Origin: Wallemia ichthyophaga EXF-994
Taxonomy: Eukaryota > Fungi > Basidiomycota
Direction of reading: 5' to 3'
Assembly: GCF_000400465.1 (NCBI RefSeq)
Contig: NW_008806288.1
Span: forward strand, 237,603 to 269,602
DNA length: 32,000 bases
Shown: piece after piece, positions 22,012-30,467 of the stretch
Layout: each line of letters starts with the position of its first letter
Position numbering within the stretch: the first letter of the stretch is position 1
The notes under the pieces: generated by a model
Told to the model about the DNA's origin: nothing
Database searches by the model: none
The model's input: only the letters and a program-made list of their open reading frames with translations
Translations under genes and position numbers: made by a program

Positions 22012-22758
22012 TTAGGGTGGAGCAGAGAAGAATCTTTTGTTGAGTGGTATAGAGGTGGTGGTGGGTGTTCTGGTATAGTGCAGCTTGTGTGATTTGTGTG
22101 GGCTGTGTTGTTTGAGTGGTTTGCTTGATTTGAAGATTTTGATCAAAATTTTCAGAAGTCTGAAGAGGGAGATTGTGAGCAAGTAAACCCATCTTAGGAG
22201 GTAGTAGAGGATGGATAGATTGACAACCGACCTAATAGAGCTGAAGAGGTTGGTGAACAAGGTGTCGATGATACCATTTAGGCTACCATCAATGAGGTCA
22301 TCGAGGGCAGCAACCAAGGTGTTGATAGCCTGATCAGTGGTGTGGTTGAGGTGTATGTATATTGCGTTGAATAGGTCGTTGAACTGGGTGTACTGGTGGT
22401 GGTTGAGGGCTTCCTGGGTGTTGATAGCCACGTTCAGTCTGTCTAAGAGGATATCCATGTGTTGGACGATGATAGACTGCCTATTAGCCAGTCCACTGGG
22501 TTTGACGAGTTGACAAAGGCTGAAAGAGTCTCTGAGGTAGCCAGTGTAGCTGTTCCAGAGCTGCGGGGATCGAGACAGCGCGTGCGTGCAATCAGAGGGA
22601 GTATAAGCACCCTCACACTCCATCGGAATAACCAGCTTTGTCGATAGTAAGTCACATTTGGTGAGTTCGATCGAGGCCACCATTCGATCCTCGACAGTAA
22701 CACAGCCTATACTCCTATAGACCCCTTCATAACACTCGCCGTACTCAATAATATCCAT
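22012..22758 (-). CDS. KAR5: Short Kar5/Tht1-like nuclear fusion protein
   Basis: Cys-rich domain ELTKCDL...PMEC...SDCTHALSRSPQLWNSYTGYLRDSFSLC resembles the Kar5/Tht1/GEX1/Brambleberry motif. It is followed by a coiled region and one hydrophobic segment. 248 aa from ATG 22758. Confidence 0.65.
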   Translation of the reverse strand: MDIIEYGECYEGVYRSIGCVTVEDRMVASIELTKCDLLSTKLVIPMECEGAYTPSDCTHALSRSPQLWNSYTGYLRDSFSLCQLVKPSGLANRQSIIVQHMDILLDRLNVAINTQEALNHHQYTQFNDLFNAIYIHLNHTTDQAINTLVAALDDLIDGSLNGIIDTLFTNLFSSIRSVVNLSILYYLLRWVYLLTISLFRLLKILIKIFKSSKPLKQHSPHKSHKLHYTRTPTTTSIPLNKRFFSAPP

Positions 22759-22867
22759 TTTTAATTTTAATTTTCTGTACCTAGACAAGGTTTAATTGTA
22801 ATCGAGTAACCTTATTTGAGAACCTTGGTTATCTGATAAAATTGGATTTATTGGGAACCCGTTGTAA

Positions 22868-24446
22868 ATGAATCTCACCTACGATCTGTCCATGCGCCAA
22901 CAACCCAAGCATTCCAGGATGTGCGGCGTTGGTAGCAAGGCGGATAGAAGACCAATTGATCCACCGCCGATTGTCCAGTTGAAGGTCTTCTCGCATCACA
23001 ATTCACTCAAAATGCGCCAAGATTTGTCATTCAACCACCTCCAATCACCGTACTTCTTCGTCTACTGCAGCCTAGCCAGTGAACACAGCGACCACGAGCT
23101 ACACCTGCTCTCTGAAACCAAAACGAGGTACACGACGGGCAATGTCACCTCATCTGTCTACTGCCTACGTGATCTCGACCTCTCCGAAGTTCTTGTCGCT
23201 GTTTTCCCGGATGTCAGCGTCAGAGTTGAAGGCAGATTCAGGTTAAAGTTTAGTTTGTTTGAAATTTCCAAGTGGGTTGGTGTGCTCTTACATCCCCCTC
23301 CTAACACCCATTAGCTCTAAAACATTCCACCGTAAATCCCTCTTCTCGAACCCTTTCACCGTCTTCTCTGCTAAGCGTTTCCCCGGCATGGACCAGTCGA
23401 CCGAGTTGTCCCAGTGCCTAGCAAACCAAGGCCTCAAGATTCGCATACGCAGGGATAACCGCCGTGACAGACGCAAGTCCAGTAAGCGTTACTACGAGGA
23501 TGATGATGATGTTGGTGGCAGCAACAACAGTGGACACAGTGCGCCCACAACAAATTCCCCTCCCCACTCTCCCGCTCTCAACCCAAACATCCTCTCTTAC
23601 CCCTCCCAATCCTTCAAGAGACCCCTCGCACCACTGCCCTCTAGACTCGCCAATATACCCCCCAACACGGCACCTTTCAACGACCTCAGTGGTGGCAGTG
23701 TAGACAGCGGTAGTGGCAGTGTGCAGACTGCGCAGACTGCGCAGACTACCCAAACCAATCAAGCTACTCTCCCACACACTCACAACCAGCTCACTCTCCC
23801 CACTCTCCCCACATTCCCCAGTCTCGCTAACCTCCCCACTCCCACTCTCCCCCTCGAGAGGAGTGCGAGCAGTGGGCAATTAGGGCCCATGCTGGGGAGG
23901 GGTGTACAGGGTGCACCAGTTACTCCAGCTACATCAGCTAATCCTATTACAGCTCCCACTCCCCAGCGTATCCACTCCACTCCCACCATGTACAGACCAC
24001 ATGCCGCGATAACACATGCACACCCACCGCCCCGACCGCCTTTGGGACACACACACACACAACCCACATCCAGTGTGCACCAGCGGAGCAATTTAATTGG
24101 CAGTAGCAGTAGCAATAGCAATAGCAATAACAGCAATAGCAATACCGACACCAACACCAACAGCATATCCACGTCCACTTACCCTTCACACTCCTCTCAG
24201 ACAGGCATACCACCTCCCCCTCCCAAATTACAAACCCCGCCCAGCTTAGCTGCCCTACCCTCCTTACCCTCCTTACCCAACCTGCCACGGATACAACTCC
24301 CTCCTATACGCGATCTCATCAAGCCACTCCAGGCAACGCAGACCCAGCCAGCACAGCCAGCACAGCCACATCCTCAATCTCATACTTACCCCCAGCACAC
24401 TCCCCCCTTCAATCCGAGCAATTTCAAACCACCCAACCAGAGGTGA
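22868..24446 (+). CDS. Velvet-domain transcriptional regulator (VosA/VelC-like architecture)
   Basis: YDLSMRQQPKHSRMCGVG...DRRPIDPPPIVQL, VFPDVSVRVEGRFRLKFSLFE, SNPFTVFSAKRFPGMDQSTELSQCLANQGLKIRIR. Intron 23272-23314. P/S/T/Q-rich C-terminus. Confidence 0.92.
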
Positions 24447-24581
24447 TGTAGTTTAGAAAAGCCATTTATAATGATATAAAGATATACATATACTTTGACA
24501 CACAAAGCACACCCACCAGATAAAAAAAGAGAATGCATTAAAGTGTTTAATCTTGTCAAAGCACCACCTCATAACACAATC

Positions 24582-25850
24582 CTACTTCCTACCTCTAACT
24601 CTAACTCTCTGTCTAACGACATACTTATTACCGTGAGTGTCTTTCGGTCTGCGCGTGCGCTTGCCCTTGCTGAGAAGGCCCCAAGGGGATCTAGGATCTT
24701 TATCGCCCTTACTCTTACCACGGCCACCACCGAGGGGGTGATCGACAGTATTCATCGCGACACCTCTAACAGATGGTCTGCGACCTAACCACCTGCTGCG
24801 CCCAGCTTTACCGAGCGACTTGAGGTGGTGGTGTTCGTTAGACACGACGCCAACAGTAGCGCAGCACTCCATCAACACTAGGCGTACTTCACCACTCTGG
24901 AGGCGAATCTGAGCGTATCGCGAACGCGGACCGCTGTGCAGAGCTATTACTTGTCCATATGACCCAGCGCTACGACAGAGGAGACCATTTCCACCCACTT
25001 TCAACCCAATGCAGTGCACAAGCGTGCCGACGGGCATCAGACGCAAGGGGAGCACGTTGCCGGGACGTACTGTTATCATGCGCAACAGACCCAGGTCGAG
25101 GCTGCTCACTTTGGTGGGTGTGGGTGTGCTTGTGCTCTTGTCTGTGAGGTGCGTTAGTTGTGTCTTTAACTCGATAATCAAAAAAATCCTCCACTCACCA
25201 CTATCTCCGCCTCTGCTCAGCACATCGCCCGAGAAATCACCTTGGGATGCCGCAGCAGTGAGTTTGGCAATACCGGCATCCGAGAGTGTGCGGAAGCTCT
25301 GCACCGTGTCACCCGCCTTGAGGCCTTTAGGTGCGATGATGTAGCTCCAAGGGGAACTGTGAGGGTGTGCTTCAGACGCCCCACTCTCTCCCCGCAACAA
25401 AGCAATATGGGCACTACGGTTGGGATCGTATTCCAAACGCACTACTCGCCTCACACCACCTTCTATACGGGCAAAGTCGAGTGTGCGCACACGGCGTTTG
25501 TGTCCACCGCCTATATGTCTACTCACTACCCTCCCACTGCTGTTGCGTCCACCCGTCTTCCTCTTGGAAATAGTAAGTGGCTTGAATGGCCCAGAGTTGG
25601 ATATGTCCGTGAGTGGTATGCGTACATGGCGCAATGACGGCGTCAGTGGTTTAAACGTCTTGAATTGGTTGCTTATACGAACTAATGGGGCTGTTTTACG
25701 GGTGTGTGCCGGTGCGTTTGCTTTTGCGTTTGTCCTGCTCGTGCTTGTCGCCTCCCCGCCCATTCTTAACACCCCGGCTGTCGCGTGCATCGTGCGCATC
25801 TGCATTACTGCTCGCCCACTTATTAACCCGCTTCTCGTTGACCTCAGCAT
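24582..25850 (-). CDS. RML2: Mitochondrial ribosomal protein uL2m
   Basis: GGRNSSGRVVSRHIGGGHKRRVR, RLEYDPNRSAHIAL, GKAGRSRWLGRRPSVRGVAMN, DHPLGGGRGKSKG. N-terminal mitochondrial-type presequence. Probable in-frame intron 25198-25142. Confidence 0.96.
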   Translation of the reverse strand: MLRSTRSGLISGRAVMQMRTMHATAGVLRMGGEATSTSRTNAKANAPAHTRKTAPLVRISNQFKTFKPLTPSLRHVRIPLTDISNSGPFKPLTISKRKTGGRNSSGRVVSRHIGGGHKRRVRTLDFARIEGGVRRVVRLEYDPNRSAHIALLRGESGASEAHPHSSPWSYIIAPKGLKAGDTVQSFRTLSDAGIAKLTAAASQGDFSGDVLSRGGDSGEWRIFLIIELKTQLTHLTDKSTSTPTPTKVSSLDLGLLRMITVRPGNVLPLRLMPVGTLVHCIGLKVGGNGLLCRSAGSYGQVIALHSGPRSRYAQIRLQSGEVRLVLMECCATVGVVSNEHHHLKSLGKAGRSRWLGRRPSVRGVAMNTVDHPLGGGRGKSKGDKDPRSPWGLLSKGKRTRRPKDTHGNKYVVRQRVRVRGRK

Positions 25851-25948
25851 CTTTTTTATTTATTTAACTTCTTCTCTCACTGACTGACACTCGACACTCA
25901 AAGAAGCTGCGAAGACATCAACTCGATTGATAAAAATTGTTTTATACA

Positions 25949-26060
25949 GCGATATGCGATATGCGATGAGTTAATGGAGAAATAGTTAAATGCTTAAATG
26001 CTAAATGCTTAAATGCCTTAATGTGTTTGTAGAAATCAGTAATCAGTAATCAGTAATCAG
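25949..26060. repeat. Intergenic cluster of three short tandem repeats
   Basis: (GCGATAT)x2-3, (TAAATGCT)-like x4 and (AATCAGT)x4, side by side. Confidence 0.7.
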
Positions 26061-26091
26061 CTCGTGTCTTTCACACTCTCTACACATCCCC

Positions 26092-27774
26092 TCACACTCT
26101 CCTACCATCCCCAATCGTCCCAATCGACTGCGCCCTGCCCGCTCTTGTCCATCTAGCCTTGGATCGCTTGAGCGGCGGTGAGCGACTACCTGAGTGAGAT
26201 TCTGTATTTCTTCTAGTTGCTGTGATTCCCGCGATCCCCGCAATTTCCCTATTCTCTAAATTCTCATTCCCCGTTTTCTCCTCTAGCACGTGTGCCTTCC
26301 AATTCCCATTCACCGCGTGTCCCGGTGCACGCTCCATCCCACCGCCGACGATAACATTCGGCTTCCTTTCTGACGTGGTTGAGATTGCTGCTGAGACTGC
26401 GACTGCAGACGGTGATGGGGTCACTGACACCCCACTCAGCCCGCCAAGATCATCCATCGATAACTGTCTAAGCGACTTTATCATCTGCGATTGCGAGCGT
26501 GTCAGTCCCTTAATGTGTGGTTTGTTAGCGGGAGTCGATATGTGAGTGTGCGTGTTGCCCGCGTAGTTGGCGTAGTTCCCCGCAAAGTATCCATGCGTTG
26601 TATCAAACATGTTTAGTCCCGTATATGGCAGTGCGCGGCTTTGTGTTTGTCCTTGTGACTGAAAATATGGGTACGCCTGCGAAGGTCCACCCGGCTGCCC
26701 CATAGGCGTCATCGGCAATGGGAGGTAAGTGTCTGGTGAGACAGGCGACAAGGTCGGCATGCTTGAAGCGGGCGACAGCGAGGGTGATTTGTTGTAGCTC
26801 CCAAGTATGTCTTGGAGTTGTTGCTTGTCCACCTGCTTGTGAAATTGAGATTGAGACTTGGGTGTCTTGGGTGTTGAGAGTGTCTTGTTATTGTCGTCAT
26901 GCTTGTTATCCACCTCCATACCCCCACTGAAGTTGCCGTCAACGTTGAAACGTGGATTAATGTACCAAAGGTCATCACTGCTGCTATATCCATAGCCATA
27001 GCCAGCACCATCCTTACTACTACCGTTGCTGTTGCTGCTGCTGCTGCTCATGCTGAGCGAAGCGTTGAGTGTGTGTTGCGGGTAAAACTTCAATTTGAGT
27101 GAGCGCACAACGAGCGCCACCATAGCCGTTGCCAGCTCCTTAGTGACTGAGTGATGAATAGTAATCTTAACGTGCTTCACCGCGCACGCCGCATCGCGCG
27201 TTTGTGTATTAAAATGATCGCGCACATATCTGTTTGGCTCCCGCCTGCGATAGTCAAACAGGGCATTCTGGTCGACGCCCAACTCGAAAGTAATTTTACC
27301 ACCCGATAAACACCGCTCAAGTTGAACAGCGTAGTTGGGATGGTTCACATCGAGCTGATCGGGGTTGTTCGATCCTCCTCCTGCTCCTCCTCCCCCGCTG
27401 CTCTCGTCGATCGGTAGCATACCTAGGTAGGTGACGCATTCTAGTGGCATGCATAACTCGTAATTGCCGTCATCGAGCAAAATGCAGATAGAGCCGCCGT
27501 CGCGCGTCCTGAATCTGAACTTGAGGCTGCCGCGCTCTCGTGAGCCTTGCCAGAAGACTGGGAGATGATGGGGAGATGGTTGAGAAGTGGCGTAGAATGC
27601 GATGAATTGCGCGTGCAAATCGTACACAACTTTACCATGACGCGGTCTACGCTGTGGTTGTGGCTGTGAGTGAGGGTATTGCTGGTTCGAATGCTGGCTC
27701 TGGCTCTCCTCCTGCGACGCCTGCGACGCATCCCCGAGATTAGTCGTATCCAAACTAAGACTGTAGTTGAACAT
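26092..27774 (-). CDS. Hypothetical protein with a globular N-terminal domain and low-complexity C-terminus
   Basis: About 560-aa uninterrupted ORF from ATG 27774. It has an ordered, beta-rich-looking segment (GSLKFRFRTRDGGSICILLDDGNYELCMPLECV...KHVKITIHH). Family not recognised. Confidence 0.6.
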   Translation of the reverse strand: MFNYSLSLDTTNLGDASQASQEESQSQHSNQQYPHSQPQPQRRPRHGKVVYDLHAQFIAFYATSQPSPHHLPVFWQGSRERGSLKFRFRTRDGGSICILLDDGNYELCMPLECVTYLGMLPIDESSGGGGAGGGSNNPDQLDVNHPNYAVQLERCLSGGKITFELGVDQNALFDYRRREPNRYVRDHFNTQTRDAACAVKHVKITIHHSVTKELATAMVALVVRSLKLKFYPQHTLNASLSMSSSSSNSNGSSKDGAGYGYGYSSSDDLWYINPRFNVDGNFSGGMEVDNKHDDNNKTLSTPKTPKSQSQFHKQVDKQQLQDILGSYNKSPSLSPASSMPTLSPVSPDTYLPLPMTPMGQPGGPSQAYPYFQSQGQTQSRALPYTGLNMFDTTHGYFAGNYANYAGNTHTHISTPANKPHIKGLTRSQSQMIKSLRQLSMDDLGGLSGVSVTPSPSAVAVSAAISTTSERKPNVIVGGGMERAPGHAVNGNWKAHVLEEKTGNENLENREIAGIAGITATRRNTESHSGSRSPPLKRSKARWTRAGRAQSIGTIGDGRRV

Positions 27775-27890
27775 GGACGTTGGCTGCAGAGATTGTTTTG
27801 CGCACTGCGGATGCAAAGATACCCCGCCGAATCCCATCAGCCCAGCCCCAGCTCAGCACGTGTAAGTATGTGTCGGAACCATAAAATTTA

Positions 27891-29327
27891 TTATTTGTAC
27901 ACACGCTTGCACAGCTTCTGCCAGACATACAAGAGTGCTTTCGTTGGCCCAGCTGTGAGAACTCCCTTGAGCGACTGTGTGACCGCGGGTTTTCTGACGA
28001 TCTCCGCCACCGCTGGGATTATTTGTGAGATAAGCGAGCGATAAACAAACAAAACCCACCCATCTCTAATCGCCGTTCGAACTGTTCGTCTGTTACAACG
28101 CGAGTCCAGTACACGCCGTCATCGTGTTTGACGTCCTTGTAGAGCACGTCGTAGTGACTGCGCAGCTTCCTACGCAGATGCAGCGGCAGTTTCGCCACCA
28201 GCCCCGCTCTAGCCTGTGTGTTCATTGGTTGCTGCCCGGCATCAGTCAGCTGGTGTTTGTTTTATTCGAGGGTGACGATCGACCATTGCTGACGTCACAT
28301 CGCCCATTTCAAGCCCAAGCTGCAACTCACCCGTATAGCCCGCTGGCCCTGTGGTACACGCCGCCATCCTGGCACAAAGCGTACGCCGCGCAGATGCATA
28401 GCTAGAGGCTCATACAGCGAGTGGAACTGCTCCATCTGTGCAGCGACGATATTGGCGACCTTGGCTGGGTTCTCCCCAACCTGCATGCGCGGGTCGCCCG
28501 AGTAGGATAGTGCCGTTATCTTCTCGTATAGCTCCTGTTGGCTGAACTGGTGCGGGAGGAGTAGCAGCGCTGTGCGGAGAGCGGATGTGAGATTCACCTG
28601 CTGAGCCAGTCTCACGCGCGCGTCGTCCTTGATTATTCGCACTGGCTTGTGCATTCGCCCTGACACATACAGCGTCTCCCAGTCGAGCAGATCGCGGCAC
28701 AGATCGTCGACTGACACCACCCCATACTTTAACGGTATTCCATCTACCTCTACCATACTCACATACCACACGCGCGCGCCGAATGCTCGCTGCACGTAGT
28801 TTATCGCCTTGCTACCGAGTATCTTGGCTAGGAAGGGGTAGTGTGTAGGGTTCTGCTGTATATTGATTGAGTGCCAGTGGTAGGGATGCGTGGTCGCTAC
28901 TATGAAATCGACTAGTGGCTTATCCTGCAAGCAGACTGGGTGAGCTATGCGTACAACTCGGTTGATTTTCATTACCCACTTTATCGGTGTATCCGGGTTG
29001 TTGGAATACCCCAGACCCATACGCAAACCCATAGCGGATCGGCGCGTTGAATGAGTTGATAACCTTCTCTAGCATCCGCCTCTTTTCGTCGGAAACAGCG
29101 ACGTACTGGTTGCCGAAGCCTACAGGCATACTCTTGCTCCTCTCGTTATCCTCGCCGCGAACAGATTTAGGCTGTAACGGCGCATCGAGGTAGTAAGGAT
29201 ATCCATCTTCACCTTGGTCTTGTGGCCGGCTAGGTTTGTCTGTGTAGTTGCGTACGCGGGGAATAGACCGCAGATTGAGCTGCACATAACTAGCCCTGGA
29301 ACACGCCCGGAATTGCTGCAGAATCAT
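27891..29327 (-). CDS. TAM41: Mitochondrial phosphatidate cytidylyltransferase Tam41 (Mmp37)
   Basis: PIRYGFAYGSGVFQQ, LVDFI, LKYGVVS...DLLDWETLYVSGRMHKPV, SYSGDPRM...GENPAKVANIV, PAVTQSLKGVLTAG. Introns 28979-28925, 28330-28232, 28059-28013. Confidence 0.95.
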
Positions 29328-29413
29328 TTGCTAGAGTGATGGTGAAAGTCGAGATAGAAGACATAGAAATATGCTGCAAAAAAGGATATTTGTGGATAAA
29401 ATACAAAAAATGT

Positions 29414-30008
29414 CTATAGTAAATCAAGCCAGGCACTCTTTTCATTCTTACGTGCCTTAGCTTTCCGTTTCTTTTTGTTGTGGACCTGAGGAGGAACGCG
29501 CTGCTTAGAATCATCTTGTTCTCGTAAAAAAGATTGTAGTTCGCCGCCATTATAAGTCTGTCCTTGAGTAAACCTGCTGTACAACTTGCGCTTGGCTAAC
29601 GACTGTTTGGCCTGACCAAAGGCTACTTGAGAGGCGGGGATGGATGGGGCAGAGGAGGGAGTACGAGTAGAGAGAATACCAGTGGAAGTACGTGATATGT
29701 TGAGTGACTGAGGTGTGTCTGCGTCCTTGTCCTTGTCCTTGTCGCTGTCGCTGTCATCAGAATCATCAACCTTAATCTGAATAGCTTTGGCTGCAGCATC
29801 GAAAAGGCTGAGTGGATGTGAGGATACGAGTGATATAATATTACATAACCCACCTAGAATGGAATAAATGGCCATCGTCTCTATCCCTGCCAATCCCATT
29901 GAGATCGCGTTTCCTTGGTGCAGGGATCGGTCTGCTGATAGAATTATGCTTCAAGCCTTTACCCACTTGCCAGCCCTGGGCTTGTAGGTAGACAGAAGGA
30001 TCAAGCAT
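29414..30008 (-). CDS. G-patch protein (Tma23-like, ribosome biogenesis-associated)
   Basis: MLDPSVYLQAQGWQVGKGLKHNSISRPI...GIGRDRDD G-patch. Intron 29853-29808 joins it to ...LFDAAA...RKLYSRF and a Lys-rich tail. Confidence 0.65.
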
Positions 30009-30042
30009 TCGTCGTTGGTGATGGTACAAGACAAGAAGAAAT

Positions 30043-30450
30043 TCACTTTGATTTGTTGGTAACGAGGAGTGATTGCCGGCTGAATCTGATCAGTAATAGC
30101 AGCCAACCAAAGAACAGCAACAACCCACGTTAGATTATCAATATAATTCTGCAGTACCACGTTATCATCCTTGAGCTTATCGATTACAGCATCGCTGTTC
30201 CTTGTCTTCTCTATAAGGTCTATAAGGGTGATCAGAACAATAATCCAGGCCCGTAAACCAACCCACCACTGAGATTCTCCTTAGATTGCGTTATTTCCCT
30301 GATTTGGATACTGTGTTAGCTGGCTGTGTCTATACTGGCTGTACAATCCCACCTAATCAACGACTCCTTCTGCAGCGTCTCTTGAAGGAGATTATCAGAG
30401 TTTATCTCCGATGTTTTGTTATTCCACACGTCGTACTCCTCGCTGTACAT
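30043..30450 (-). CDS. Short coiled-coil protein, SCOC/Slo1-like (about 89 aa, four exons)
   Basis: Three introns (30352-30311, 30266-30220, 30128-30080) keep the frame: MYSEEYDVWNN...KESLISIQIREITQSKENLSDLIEKTRNSDAVIDKLKDDNVVLQNYIDNLTRQSLLVTNKSK*. KLKDDNVVLQNYIDNL matches the SCOC signature. Not in the ORF track. Confidence 0.7.
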
Positions 30451-30467
30451 GTTCAACCCATACCATC

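Noticed and set aside
23418-24288. Several antisense or alternative-frame ORFs over the velvet C-terminus, and similar ones at 5135-5922, 19962-20793 and 21107-21820
   Set aside because: Explained by low-complexity, GC-rich coding sequence with few stops on the other frames.
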